Shown here piece after piece: positions 50,376-60,043 of a DNA stretch of 64,000 nt. The position numbers and the translations under genes are program-made. The notes under the pieces were generated by a model, which worked only from the letters and a program-made list of their open reading frames with translations, searched no databases and had not been told where the DNA came from. The stretch is from an uncultured candidatus Porisulfidus sp. (GTDB taxonomy: Bacteria > Pseudomonadota > Gammaproteobacteria > Poriferisulfidales > Poriferisulfidaceae): NCBI GenBank assembly GCA_965116525.1, contig OZ220694.1, positions 952,879 through 1,016,878 on the forward strand. The letters are read 5' to 3'. Positions within the stretch are counted from its first letter, which is position 1. Every line of letters begins with the position of its first letter.

Positions 50376-52070
50376 CTACGCGTCCATGCGCCGGATGATG
50401 AACCATTGCTGAGCGATCGAGAGCAGGTTGTTGACCAGCCAGTACAGGACCAGTCCGGCCGGGAAGAACAGGAAGAATACCGTGAACACGATGGGCAGCG
50501 CCATCATCAGCTTGGCCTGGAACGGGTCCGGCGGAGTCGGATTGAGCTTGGTCTGCACGACCATGCTGGCGCCCATGAGCAGCGGGAGGACATAGTACGG
50601 ATCGCGTACCGACAGGTCGAGGATCCAGGCCACGAACGGCGCCTGCCGCAGTTCTACGCTCTCCAGGAGCACCCAGTACAAGGCGATGAAGACCGGCACC
50701 TGAACAAGGATCGGCCAGCAGCCGCCCAGGGGGTTGACCTTTTCCTCCCGGTACATCTTCATCATTGCCTCGTTCATCTTCACCCGGTCGCTGCCGTAAC
50801 GCTCACGCAACTGCTGTACCCGCGGTGCGAACTTGCGCATCTTCGCCATCGATCGATAACTGGTTTCGGATAGCTTGTAGAACACGAGTTTGATCAGGAC
50901 CGTCAGGAGCACGATCGACCAACCCCAGTTTCCGGTCAGCCAATAGATGTTATCCAGAACCCAGAACAAAGGTTTCGACAGGATCGTCAGGATGCCGTAG
51001 TCCACGGTCAATTCCAGCCCGTCGGCGATCTTCTCCAGTTTGTTCTGATCTTTCGGCCCGACGTAAAGTTGCGAGGCGAACTGTGCGCTTGCTCCGGGGG
51101 CAACGCGCTGGGCGGGCGAGTGCATGCCGATGATGTACTCCGGATAGCGCCCCCCGCGCACGACCCGGGTGTAGTAGCGCTCGACATCCCCTCGCTGGGG
51201 CACCCAGGCCGACACGAAATAGTGCTGCAGCATGGCCACCCAACCGTCCGTCAGGTTCTCGCTGAACGGTTCTTCGTCCATGTCTTCGAACGACAGCTTG
51301 TGATAGGTCTCGGAGTCGTGATAGGCCGCCCCGATGAAAGAGATCGCCTCCGTGTTGCCGAACAGGAGTGAGGTCCGGTCAGGGGCACGGCCGGCGCTGC
51401 GGCGCAACTGACGGTACTGCCGCCCGACCCATTCTTCCGCCCCTTGGTTGCGTACTTCGTGCGTGACGTCGACCAGATAACGGCCGGGCGTGAAACGGAA
51501 ATGCTTGAGAACTTGGATGCCATCCGGCCCGTCCCAGCGCAAGGTCACGGTTTTGGGCTCGGTCGATTCGGAAAAATCGTACTGCGACCGTCCGGCCTGG
51601 TAGGGGGCGTGATGGCTGGGTGCCCGATGACTGAGATCCAGCCCGCCGCTCGTGTCGTGCGTCAGTCCGCTCTGCACCACGTATTTCTCGTTCGAGATAT
51701 ACAGGAGCCGCGTGGGAACGTCCGGGGTATCCAGGGAGACCGGGTAACGGGGGAGGTCTGCCTGCACCACGTTCCCGCCGACGGTGTCGATCTGAAAGTC
51801 CAGCACGTCCGTGCGTACCCGAATCCAGTTGCTGCGTTCGGGCAATGTTTCGTCCGGTAGATCGGTCGCAGCAGATTCGGCGGAACGGGCCTCGGGCATA
51901 TCTTCCGCCCGCGGCGCCGGCGTGTCCGACATTTCGCCCGCCGGGGCCGACGATCGTTCCAGGGTTTGCTCCGACACAGAGGGCGGCGCCTTCTCCAGCT
52001 CCCAGGTCTGCCAGACCAGGAACAGCATGATGGCTAGGGCGCCATACAGGAACAGTCGAGAATCACCCAT
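50376..52070 (-). CDS. yidC: membrane protein insertase YidC
   Basis: 564 aa. N-terminal TM, large periplasmic domain, C-terminal 5-TM core with conserved YidC motifs ([14 protein letters not shown]...[19 protein letters not shown]). Confidence 0.93.
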   Translation of the reverse strand: MGDSRLFLYGALAIMLFLVWQTWELEKAPPSVSEQTLERSSAPAGEMSDTPAPRAEDMPEARSAESAATDLPDETLPERSNWIRVRTDVLDFQIDTVGGNVVQADLPRYPVSLDTPDVPTRLLYISNEKYVVQSGLTHDTSGGLDLSHRAPSHHAPYQAGRSQYDFSESTEPKTVTLRWDGPDGIQVLKHFRFTPGRYLVDVTHEVRNQGAEEWVGRQYRQLRRSAGRAPDRTSLLFGNTEAISFIGAAYHDSETYHKLSFEDMDEEPFSENLTDGWVAMLQHYFVSAWVPQRGDVERYYTRVVRGGRYPEYIIGMHSPAQRVAPGASAQFASQLYVGPKDQNKLEKIADGLELTVDYGILTILSKPLFWVLDNIYWLTGNWGWSIVLLTVLIKLVFYKLSETSYRSMAKMRKFAPRVQQLRERYGSDRVKMNEAMMKMYREEKVNPLGGCWPILVQVPVFIALYWVLLESVELRQAPFVAWILDLSVRDPYYVLPLLMGASMVVQTKLNPTPPDPFQAKLMMALPIVFTVFFLFFPAGLVLYWLVNNLLSIAQQWFIIRRMDA

Positions 52071-52311
52071 GGGTGTGCCTCCGTTCGGGCACCGGGTCCG
52101 GTCCGCCTGGATGCCAGGGGTGGCAGCGCATCACGCGTCTCGCCGCGAGCATGCTGCCGCGCCAGGTTCCATGCTCGCGCAAGGCATCAATGGCGTACTG
52201 CGAACAAGTCGGCGTGAATCGGCAGTGCTGCCCGAGAAACGGGCTGAGAAGATATTGGTAGGCGCGGAGCAGGCCGATCAGGAGGAGGTTCATGGCGCGA
52301 TCTTGCCCCAA
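52063..52311 (-). CDS. yidD: membrane protein insertion efficiency factor YidD
   Basis: [28 protein letters not shown] is the YidD signature. The real start is probably the internal Met (MNLLLIG). Confidence 0.85.
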   Translation of the reverse strand: MGQDRAMNLLLIGLLRAYQYLLSPFLGQHCRFTPTCSQYAIDALREHGTWRGSMLAARRVMRCHPWHPGGPDPVPERRHTHG

Positions 52312-52673
52312 AGGTCGACAAGTTCAAGGCGGACCGCCCGCCGGTCGAGCGGAGGACGGACGCCGCGGCGGCAACTCACGATCAGGTCCATGCCGGACAG
52401 GGGATGAAGGCGAAAGTGTTCCCGGACCAGGCGCTTGAACGTGTTGCGCGCCGCGCTGCGGCGCAATGCGCGCTTCGAGACGGCGAGGCCCAGGCGTGCC
52501 ACCGACTGTTCGTTCGGCGCCCACACGCATGCCACGATGCGGCCGCGTGCGCGCTTTGCCTTCCGATGCCGGTAGACATTCTGAAACTGGTGTGAATGAG
52601 CCAGCCTGCGGCTGCGCGGGAAAGTGAATCGCCCGGGGGCTTCTTCCGGCTCAGGGGATGAGTCGCGCACGAC
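52290..52673 (-). CDS. rnpA: RNase P protein component RnpA (start codon uncertain)
   Basis: [20 protein letters not shown]...[31 protein letters not shown] matches RnpA. No ATG lies downstream of the rpmH stop, so a GTG start overlapping the last rpmH codons is assumed. Confidence 0.75.
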   Translation of the reverse strand, partial: VVRDSSPEPEEAPGRFTFPRSRRLAHSHQFQNVYRHRKAKRARGRIVACVWAPNEQSVARLGLAVSKRALRRSAARNTFKRLVREHFRLHPLSGMDLIVSCRRGVRPPLDRRAVRLELVDLWGKIAP

Positions 52674-52785
52674 CGCGGCGGCGCCGGGCATTAAGAATGG
52701 CGCGCCCGGCACGAGTCCGCATGCGTGCACGGAATCCGTGCGTCCGATTGCGGCGCAGATTGTTGGGCTGAAAAGTTCGTTTCAT
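52651..52785 (-). CDS. rpmH: 50S ribosomal protein L34 (44 aa; not in ORF track)
   Basis: Reverse-complement translation gives [44 protein letters not shown], the universally conserved L34 sequence. Confidence 0.9.
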   Translation of the reverse strand: MKRTFQPNNLRRNRTHGFRARMRTRAGRAILNARRRRGRARLIP

Positions 52786-53097
52786 GGTCGGAACAGAAAC
52801 CGGGTGCGCATCATAAGAGAACTGCCGCCAATGTCAAATGCCGCCCAACTTTCGGTAGCCCCGAAGTGTGGAATCCGGTGAAGAAAATGTTGCCGAGGGC
52901 AATGTTTAAGCGGTTGCCGTGCCATGGATTTTCGGGAGGTTTAAGAAAGCCATCGCCGGTGTGGCGAGAATAAAAATCTTCTCTCTAAAGGGGTATTTGG
53001 GGATATTGATAACTGGTACAATGGGGGTAGGTCGATTGTCGCTTAGGCAAGAATGCTCGACCGGCGATCGGCCGGTAATTTTGACAGGAGGTATACC

Positions 53098-53619
53098 ATG
53101 TCAAGTCTCGTAGCATTATCTGTAAGTATTGGTGTTTTAGGCGGTGTCGCAACGGCACTGAGTTTAGGCCCGTTATCAGGAATCGTCTACATTTGGGTAG
53201 CTTTCATTGCCTGGGCCTGTTACTTCGCAATCGGGGGAGACCAAAAGGCGTTGCAAAACACAATTGTTTGCGGCATTCTCGGTGCAGTGATCGCTTGGGT
53301 GGCGCTGCTCGTTATTCTGACGATCCCACTGGGCGAAGCGCTTACCGTGCCAATCTGGGCGGGAGTCGTGGTGGCCGTAAGTGTTTTAGTCATGTGCCTG
53401 TTGGCTCACGTCGAATACTTTTCCTCGATCCCGGCAAGCGTTCTGGGCTATGCAAGTGTAGCTGGCTATGCGTTGCAGACCGAGGGCGCGTTCTCCATGG
53501 AAGCGCTGGGTTCTGCTGGAACTTCAAATGCATTGATTGTCGTCGCGATTTCTATAGTCGTTGGCGCGGTCTTTGGCATGATTTCCGGCAAAGTCGGCGG
53601 AATGCTTTCATCGGAGTAA
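53098..53619 (+). CDS. hypothetical polytopic membrane protein
   Basis: ~173 aa, 5-6 hydrophobic helices. Start placed at MSSLVALSV. Followed by an intrinsic terminator. Confidence 0.5.
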   Translation: MSSLVALSVSIGVLGGVATALSLGPLSGIVYIWVAFIAWACYFAIGGDQKALQNTIVCGILGAVIAWVALLVILTIPLGEALTVPIWAGVVVAVSVLVMCLLAHVEYFSSIPASVLGYASVAGYALQTEGAFSMEALGSAGTSNALIVVAISIVVGAVFGMISGKVGGMLSSE

Positions 53620-53651
53620 TATAGACAAACTATAAAACTTAGCCTCACTAA

Positions 53652-53680
53652 ACGCCCAGCTCCGGCTGGGCGTTTTCTTG
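53652..53680 (+). terminator. intrinsic terminator (ACGCCCAGC-TCCG-GCTGGGCGT + TTTCTTG)
   Basis: 9-bp GC-rich stem with tetraloop followed by a U-rich tract, 33 nt after the membrane-protein stop. Confidence 0.7.
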
Positions 53681-53762
53681 CCTTCACGCTGGGGTAGGAA
53701 TACCGGGGAAAGCCTGCAACCTATTGAAAAACTAGTTTTTTATTGGAATTTCCTGTCTTCGG

Positions 53763-54467
53763 TCAATATTTCAGCCAACCGTCCAAGATGGAGAACAGAG
53801 CCTGCCGCGCTGGCATGGCACACTCCACAGTGCGTGCCCTGATTTCTGCGGCATCTTGAACGAACTTCTCGGGAACCAGTTCATCCTTGAAGTGCTCGGT
53901 CATCACGCCTACTTCTTCTTCTCCCATCTCCAAGTGGAACTGAAGTCCCAGCACTCTTCCTTCATACAGAAATCCCTGGTTGGCGCAGGCCTCACTTCCC
54001 GCGATGCGCATCGCACCCGGAGGTGTCGCGAACGTGTCGCCATGCCAGTGCAAGACATCCATCTGACGGTTCAGGCCCTGCCCTAGTTGGGTGTCCAGGA
54101 ATGCGTCCTCCAAGAGGATCGGAAACCAGCCGATTTCCGTGCATGGATTCTTCCGGACTTCCGCTCCCAAAGCTTTGGCGATCATCTGGGCACCGAGACA
54201 GATGCCGAGGACATGCTTTCCTTGATCGACCGCTTCTCGGATGAAGCGTAACTCGTGATCAAGCCAGGGGTGCTGACCTCCGTCGCACACGCCCATCGGT
54301 CCTCCCATTGCCACCAGTACGTCGTAATCGTCATGGGAAATAGACAAGGGTTGCTTTTGGTACTGCCTATGCCGGATCAGTTGGCCGCCGAGATCCCGAA
54401 TATACGCAGAAATCGTACCAACCCCCTCTTGCGGCACATGTTCGATGGAAAAAAAGCGGAAAGTCAT
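53763..54467 (-). CDS. class I glutamine amidotransferase-like protein
   Basis: Nucleophile elbow GICLGAQ with downstream His/Glu region. GMP-synthase-type GATase1 fold, 234 aa. Confidence 0.75.
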   Translation of the reverse strand: MTFRFFSIEHVPQEGVGTISAYIRDLGGQLIRHRQYQKQPLSISHDDYDVLVAMGGPMGVCDGGQHPWLDHELRFIREAVDQGKHVLGICLGAQMIAKALGAEVRKNPCTEIGWFPILLEDAFLDTQLGQGLNRQMDVLHWHGDTFATPPGAMRIAGSEACANQGFLYEGRVLGLQFHLEMGEEEVGVMTEHFKDELVPEKFVQDAAEIRARTVECAMPARQALFSILDGWLKY

Positions 54468-54955
54468 GAGTTGGGTGGGCCAATTGCGGAATTTTCGGTT
54501 TCGGATTGCTGTTGCTGCCAGTATTTAAACACTATCGGGGGAATTCCAAGCGATTCCGCGTCTTCGGCAGTCATGGTCTGCAGGCGTTGTAGGGTGCCAG
54601 CGACAAAGCCCCCGCGGGCTGGAGCCGGCAAAAGGGTCCGGATGCGTTCCGTGAGAAGGAGGGATAATGTCTGCCCGCATGCGGCATCGCGAATTGCTTC
54701 GCGCAGCAGGGCCTGCTGCAGCGCATCGAGCGTCTCGTCCTCGACTCTCGGGTCCACCTCCTGCGGGGTTGCGATCCGGTATCGCCTTCCTTTATTGGTG
54801 CCGGTGACTTCGACCTGCCCTTCATCGCACAATGCGAGCAACCAGCGGCGTAAGGTCCGGTCATTAACCTGGAATCCCTCACGAAGTTCGGATATCAGAG
54901 CAGGATGTTCTAATTTTCTTAGATAAGATAGCAATTTACGGTGCTCAAGCCGCAT
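54464..54955 (-). CDS. winged-helix DNA-binding protein (putative transcriptional regulator)
   Basis: N-terminal LLSYLRKLEHPALISELREGFQVNDRTLRRWLLALCDEGQVEV...RYRI is wHTH-like. Co-directional with and 131 nt downstream of fic. Overlaps the GATase start. Confidence 0.5.
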   Translation of the reverse strand: MRLEHRKLLSYLRKLEHPALISELREGFQVNDRTLRRWLLALCDEGQVEVTGTNKGRRYRIATPQEVDPRVEDETLDALQQALLREAIRDAACGQTLSLLLTERIRTLLPAPARGGFVAGTLQRLQTMTAEDAESLGIPPIVFKYWQQQQSETENSAIGPPNS

Positions 54956-54962
54956 ATGTATT

Positions 54963-55014
54963 GTCCGATATATGTCCGATAATAGGATAATTATAAACTA
55001 TATTATATCGGACA
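54963..55014. promoter_or_regulatory. operator-like repeats upstream of the wHTH gene: TGTCCGATA x2 direct (11-bp phasing) plus a perfect inverted copy TATCGGACA
   Basis: ATGTCCGATA...TATCGGACAT are exact reverse complements separated by 24 bp of AT-rich DNA. Lies in the 131-nt gap between the fic stop and the wHTH start. Confidence 0.5.
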
Positions 55015-55086
55015 TTTCTTTAAGATAATTTTGGGTTGCTTGAGATTCCCGTAAATGCTAGGGACGCAAAAATTTTCCGCGCGATT

Positions 55087-56436
55087 TCAGCTCGATAAAT
55101 CGCTGATTTTTTTGCTCAGGTTTTCAGCCGGAAAAAAAACTGTCGCTCTGCCTCTCCGGTTCCCCTGAACAAGTAGTTCGCGCCCTTCTAAATCAAGTAG
55201 ATCTGCCCGCGCTGTCGCGTAAGCGACCCCATGGCTTGTTTGATGGGACCTAAAGGTATAGCCATCACTATTCCCTCGAATCGCATGGCTGAGTAGCGCT
55301 AACTGCCTATGGTTGAATTGCCTGACACCTTTTAGTCGTTGCTCCAGGTCTTTCGCCTGTTCAATTTTTTTGTTCAGATATTGCTCTAAATCGGCAATAG
55401 ATGAAATGATGACCTTTAATTGATGCGCAATAAAGTATGTTAAATCGTTCTCATCGGTTTCCGAATATAAATAAGCGTAAGCATACCGTGCAGGAGCCTT
55501 CTTTATATTCCTTGATATAGAGATACATTCGAACAGCCAATAATTCTGCTTGAGCATCGACCAGTAGAACAATGCGCGCGCCAACCTTCCATTTCCGTCT
55601 TCGAACGGATGATCGAAACCGATCCAAAAATGCAAAAGAATAGATTTGATAATGGGATGAATGAAAGTTGGGGCCGTGTGTTCGTCGTTTGCGAATTCAC
55701 ATAACTCCTTGATCCGGCCGGGGAGTTGATCTGCAGGCGGAGGGGTGTGCAATTTTCTGTTTCTGGCATCAAATACCCCCACCCTTACATCATCACTCGT
55801 TTGCAGCTTTCCTGCCGCCTCAGCATCTTCCAGTGTTTGGTCGGTGACAATCCTGTGCAAGTCTAAGATAAGTTCGGGAGTCAGTTTTTCGCTCTTTATC
55901 TCCCTGACAACATTCATGGCCGCATAATTGTTAAGGATCATTCGCTCATGCTGGTTTTTGGGCCTGCGTCCGGATCTCAGCATATTTGACGCAATCTTTC
56001 GGGACGTCGACGCGCCTTCTAGTTGGCTTGATGTGATTGCTTCCTCGATAAGAGAGCTGACAATATAGCGATTCCTTGTCTCTGGATTTGTAACTTGCTC
56101 CGATATGGCAACCTGGCCTGTGGCTTTACTGTCAATTTCGTGCAGCATCTCTAGTACTGTATCGGGCATGCAAAAACTAAAGTGCGTCCCCCTCGCGTCT
56201 TTTAGGGGAATTCTCTTTCTCAATTGAGCACGTGCCATTTTTATTCCCAACCACCAAAGATCGTGGTTGAGGCCTTCAGGAGGTTTTCTATATTTCAATT
56301 CGGCCCAGTGTAAGTATTTTCCTTTGATTGTGGGCAGGGTTGTGACGTCAGGCTGTAAAAACAGCTGGCTCAAATCCTTAGGATCAGCTCTCCCTACGAT
56401 GTCTGATATTGAGGGGGCGTTTTGCGGCCTTCTCAT
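55087..56436 (-). CDS. Fic/DOC family protein (putative AMPylase), intermediate GC
   Basis: Canonical Fic motif HPFEDGNGRLARAL. N-terminal helical extension and C-terminal wHTH-like tail. GC lower than flanking genes. Confidence 0.85.
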   Translation of the reverse strand: MRRPQNAPSISDIVGRADPKDLSQLFLQPDVTTLPTIKGKYLHWAELKYRKPPEGLNHDLWWLGIKMARAQLRKRIPLKDARGTHFSFCMPDTVLEMLHEIDSKATGQVAISEQVTNPETRNRYIVSSLIEEAITSSQLEGASTSRKIASNMLRSGRRPKNQHERMILNNYAAMNVVREIKSEKLTPELILDLHRIVTDQTLEDAEAAGKLQTSDDVRVGVFDARNRKLHTPPPADQLPGRIKELCEFANDEHTAPTFIHPIIKSILLHFWIGFDHPFEDGNGRLARALFYWSMLKQNYWLFECISISRNIKKAPARYAYAYLYSETDENDLTYFIAHQLKVIISSIADLEQYLNKKIEQAKDLEQRLKGVRQFNHRQLALLSHAIRGNSDGYTFRSHQTSHGVAYATARADLLDLEGRELLVQGNRRGRATVFFPAENLSKKISDLSS

Positions 56437-56476
56437 GGCATCTCCGCAACTTTTTCTGGCGACTCAATCATAGCAT

Positions 56477-56573
56477 AACTATCAATATTTCTTCAATTGA
56501 TAGTTATTGACACTTAACTATCAGTTACTATCAGAAATCGGAAAATTGATAGTCATTGATACTTATCTATCAG
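56477..56573. repeat. array of seven 9-bp TTGATAGTN / NACTATCAG-type motifs (alternating orientations) in the fic-mnmG intergenic region
   Basis: AACTATCAA (56477), TTGATAGTT (56497), AACTATCAG (56516), TACTATCAG (56527), TTGATAGTC (56546), TTGATACTT (56556), ATCTATCAG (56565). These form at least two palindromic TTGATAG-N10/14-CTATCA units. Confidence 0.7.
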
Positions 56574-56683
56574 TTTTTCTCGGCAATACTGGGTAATTCA
56601 AGCAAATTCTCTAGTTGGTTTCCTATAGCAAACTAAAATCGGTACCGTTTCCCTTTGGGATTAGCAGTATATTAAGCGGCGCA

Positions 56684-58516
56684 ATGACGGGCGTAATTCG
56701 TACTTGGGATGTTCTGGTCATCGGCGGCGGCCACGCCGGCGTGGAGGCGGCGCTTTCGGCCGCGCGCACCGGCGCACACACCCTGCTCCTGACCCACCGT
56801 TTCGTTGCGATCGGCCAGATGAGTTGTAATCCGGCGATTGGCGGTATCGGCAAAAGCCATCTAGTGCGTGAAATCGATGCACTCGGTGGGGTCATGGCGC
56901 AGGCTGCGGACCGTGCCGGGATCCATGTCCGAGTGCTGAACAGAAGAAAGGGACCGGCGGTGCATGCTACCCGTGCCCAGACCGATCGCAAGCTCTATCG
57001 CGAAGCCATCCAGAATTCCGTCACCGAGGCCCGAAACCTGGAGGTCCAGTCCGTTGCCGTCGGCGACTTGATCGTGCAGGACGGCAAGGTGCGCGGCATT
57101 CTCACCGAGGAAGGGGACCGCATCGAAGCGCCTGCGGTTGTATTGGCCACCGGCACATTTCTGGACGGCGCCATTCACATCGGGGCGGAACAGACTCAAG
57201 GCGGTCGAGCGGGAGACCCCCCGTCCCTGCTCCTTGCGCATCGGTTGCGTGAACTGCTGCCGGATGTCGGGCGCCTCAAGACCGGAACCCCTCCCCGCCT
57301 GGATGGGCGGAGCATCGACTGGTCGAAGACCTCCGTCCAGCCTGGAGAGATGCCGCCGCCGCCGCTGTCCCGGCTCAGTCCGCCAGACGTGCATCCGCGG
57401 CAGGTGAATTGCCACCTGACGCGTACGACGGAGGCCACTCACGATTTGATTCGCGCGCATTTGCACCAGTCGCCGATGCACACCGGGGCCATCGACAGTC
57501 GCGGGCCGCGTTATTGCCCTTCGGTCGAAGACAAAGTGGTCCGTTTCGCCGAACGCCCGTCGCATCAGGTGTTCATCGAACCTGAAGGACTGGACACCCA
57601 CGTGATCTATCCCAACGGAATTTCCACCAGCCTGCCGGCTGAGGTGCAGGAACAGTTTGTCCGGACTATTCCAGGTTTTGAGGAAGCACAGTTGACGCGC
57701 TACGGCTACGCCATCGAATATGACTTCTTCGATCCGCGGCAATTGCGCCCGACACTGCAATGCAAGGCTTTGCCTGGCTTGTATTTGGCCGGACAGATCA
57801 ATGGCACGACCGGTTACGAGGAGGCAGCCGCGCAAGGGCTGCTCGCAGGTTACAACGCAGCGGCTCAAAGCCAAGACCGAGAAGCCTGGTGGCCGCGCCG
57901 CGATCAAGCCTATATCGGCGTTCTGGTCGACGACCTGGTCACCCGGGGCGTGGATGAACCCTACCGCATGTTCACCAGTCGCGCCGAATACCGGCTGACC
58001 TTGCGGGAAGACAACGCCGACTTGCGTTTGACCGAAGCCGGGCGTGAACTGGGCTTGGTCTGTGACGCACGTTGGGAACTCTTTTGCGAACGACGCGACG
58101 CGTTGGAGCAGGAACTGGAACGACTGCACACCACCCGGCTGGGCGAGGACAGTCTGGCCGATATTCTGCGCCGCCCTGAAACAGATTACGCGAAGGCCGT
58201 CTCGATGTCTCCGGCGTACGAACCGGCCAGCCTCGATATTGGCCGTCAGGCGGAAATCGAACTTCGCTACGAAGGCTACATCCGCCGCCATAAGCACGAA
58301 ATCGAACGTCTGAAACAAGACGAAACCCGCCGCTTGCCGGAGGGAATCAACTACCGGTCGATCACCGCCCTGTCTCATGAAGCACGAGAAAAACTGAGCC
58401 ATTGTCGGCCTGCAACACTGGGGCAGGCCGCCCGCATTCCCGGAGTGACGCCTGCCGCCGTCGCGATCCTGAAGGTTCATTTGAAGGCTGACGGCATCCG
58501 GCAACAGGGCGTCTGA
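56684..58516 (+). CDS. mnmG: tRNA uridine 5-carboxymethylaminomethyl modification enzyme MnmG (GidA)
   Basis: [31 protein letters not shown]...[29 protein letters not shown]-binding N-terminus. The true ATG is at 56684. Confidence 0.95.
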   Translation: MTGVIRTWDVLVIGGGHAGVEAALSAARTGAHTLLLTHRFVAIGQMSCNPAIGGIGKSHLVREIDALGGVMAQAADRAGIHVRVLNRRKGPAVHATRAQTDRKLYREAIQNSVTEARNLEVQSVAVGDLIVQDGKVRGILTEEGDRIEAPAVVLATGTFLDGAIHIGAEQTQGGRAGDPPSLLLAHRLRELLPDVGRLKTGTPPRLDGRSIDWSKTSVQPGEMPPPPLSRLSPPDVHPRQVNCHLTRTTEATHDLIRAHLHQSPMHTGAIDSRGPRYCPSVEDKVVRFAERPSHQVFIEPEGLDTHVIYPNGISTSLPAEVQEQFVRTIPGFEEAQLTRYGYAIEYDFFDPRQLRPTLQCKALPGLYLAGQINGTTGYEEAAAQGLLAGYNAAAQSQDREAWWPRRDQAYIGVLVDDLVTRGVDEPYRMFTSRAEYRLTLREDNADLRLTEAGRELGLVCDARWELFCERRDALEQELERLHTTRLGEDSLADILRRPETDYAKAVSMSPAYEPASLDIGRQAEIELRYEGYIRRHKHEIERLKQDETRRLPEGINYRSITALSHEAREKLSHCRPATLGQAARIPGVTPAAVAILKVHLKADGIRQQGV

Positions 58517-58517
58517 C

Positions 58518-59267
58518 ATGAGGGGAGGCCGGGCTCTTCCCTTCCACGCCCGGGAATCCCGTCCCCCGGCGCGCCGTCCCCGCAGAACTTCCGCCGCGCC
58601 CGGCCTGCCGGTGGAAAGCGTACTGGAGCGCCAGCTGAAAACGGGGCTTCGGGAGATTCCCGAGCTGGACATTTCTTCTGCCCAGATCCAGGCCTTGCTG
58701 GCCTACTGTGGACTTGTTGCGCAGTGGAACCAGGCCTACAATCTGGTGGGCCCCCGAACCCTGCCGGAAATCGTGCCGCGGCATATCCTGGATTCTCTCT
58801 CACTGTCGAGCTTTCTTCCGTCCGGGGCGCGCCGGATCCTGGATCTCGGTACCGGTGCCGGGTTGCCGGGCCTGCCGCTGGCCGTGGTTCACCCGGACCG
58901 CCGATTCACGTTGCTTGACCGCAACCGCAAGAAGACTCGCTTTGTCCGGCAAGCGAAAATGGAACTGAACCTATCCAATATCGAAGTGGTCACGGACGAA
59001 GCGAAACACTACCAGGGCGATCCGTTCGAATGCATCATGGCCCGAGCCGTGAGTTCGCTGGCGGAACTTGTCCGATCCAGCGCGCATCTGGTTGCCGCGG
59101 GAGGAATTTATTTGCTGCCGAAAGGTTCGGAGATCGAGCAGGAATTGCGCGAACTTCCGCGTGGGTGGGATGTTGAGGTCCGGAGCCTGGAAAGGCCGGC
59201 CAACCGTTCGCCGGTCCACACGGTAGTAGTGCTTCGTGCCCCTGACGCGGATATGGGAATCCCATGA
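58518..59267 (+). CDS. rsmG: 16S rRNA (guanine527-N7)-methyltransferase RsmG (GidB); start may be further downstream
   Basis: LLAYCGLVAQWNQAYNLV...ILDLGTGAGLPGLPLAVVHPDRRFTLLDRNRKKTRFV. The listed N-terminal ~40 aa are Arg/Pro-rich and probably not translated. Confidence 0.88.
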   Translation: MRGGRALPFHARESRPPARRPRRTSAAPGLPVESVLERQLKTGLREIPELDISSAQIQALLAYCGLVAQWNQAYNLVGPRTLPEIVPRHILDSLSLSSFLPSGARRILDLGTGAGLPGLPLAVVHPDRRFTLLDRNRKKTRFVRQAKMELNLSNIEVVTDEAKHYQGDPFECIMARAVSSLAELVRSSAHLVAAGGIYLLPKGSEIEQELRELPRGWDVEVRSLERPANRSPVHTVVVLRAPDADMGIP

Positions 59268-60043
59268 CCCAGGTATTCGCTGTCTGCAACCAGAAAGGCG
59301 GGGTCGGAAAAACCACGACTGCTATCAATCTGGCCGCCTCGCTGACCGCCGCCGGAAAGAAAGTTTTGTTGGCCGACGTGGATCCGCAGGGCAATGCCAC
59401 GACCGGTTGCGGCCTGAACAAGAATGATTTGGCGCAAAGTTGCACGGATGTGCTGCTGGGCGGCACGCCCGTCTCCGAGGTGCGTGTGCCTGCCCCCGAT
59501 AGTGGATTTGACGTGTTGCCGGCAGACCCCGAACTGACCGAAGCCGAAGTGCGCCTCGTCATGGAAGACAATCGTGAATACCGATTGAGGGAGGCGTTGG
59601 CGGGCAGCACGGATGATTACATCCTCATCGACTGTCCCCCGTCGCTCAACATCCTCACGATCAATGCGTTGGTGGCCGCCGACCGGGTAATCGTGCCGAC
59701 GCAGTGCGAGTTCTACGCACTGGAAGGATTGAGTGCCCTGCTTGACACTCTTGCCCGGATTTCCCAGCAGGCCAATCGAAAACTTGCCATTGCGGGAATC
59801 CTGCGTACCATGTACGACTCGCGCAACAAACTATCGCACGAAGTTTCTGAGGCGCTTTTGGAGCATTTTGGCGAACAGGTCTATCGCACCATGATCCCGC
59901 GCAACGTCACGCTAGCAGAAGCACCCAGCCACGGTCGCCCGGTCTCGTCCTACGACCCATCAAGCCGGGGGGCTGTCGCGTACCTGATGCTGGCGGGCGA
60001 AATCCTGCGTCGCGAGAGTTCCGAACTTGGTGCTGCCACATGA
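59264..60043 (+). CDS. parA: chromosome partitioning ATPase ParA/Soj
   Basis: VFAVCNQKGGVGKTTTAINLAASL deviant Walker A. Confidence 0.93.
   Translation: MTQVFAVCNQKGGVGKTTTAINLAASLTAAGKKVLLADVDPQGNATTGCGLNKNDLAQSCTDVLLGGTPVSEVRVPAPDSGFDVLPADPELTEAEVRLVMEDNREYRLREALAGSTDDYILIDCPPSLNILTINALVAADRVIVPTQCEFYALEGLSALLDTLARISQQANRKLAIAGILRTMYDSRNKLSHEVSEALLEHFGEQVYRTMIPRNVTLAEAPSHGRPVSSYDPSSRGAVAYLMLAGEILRRESSELGAAT

Noticed and set aside
52786-53097. Region upstream of rpmH checked for dnaA promoter/oriC features
   Set aside because: Only weak partial matches to DnaA boxes (for example TGTGGAATC) were seen, with no cluster. dnaA is absent from the window.
56477-56573. Possible CRISPR array or DnaA-box cluster (oriC)
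   Set aside because: Repeats are only 7-9 bp, in mixed orientation, with 1-14-bp spacers, so this is not a CRISPR array. The motif TTGATAGT does not match the DnaA box TTATCCACA, and no 13-mer AT-rich DUE was seen.
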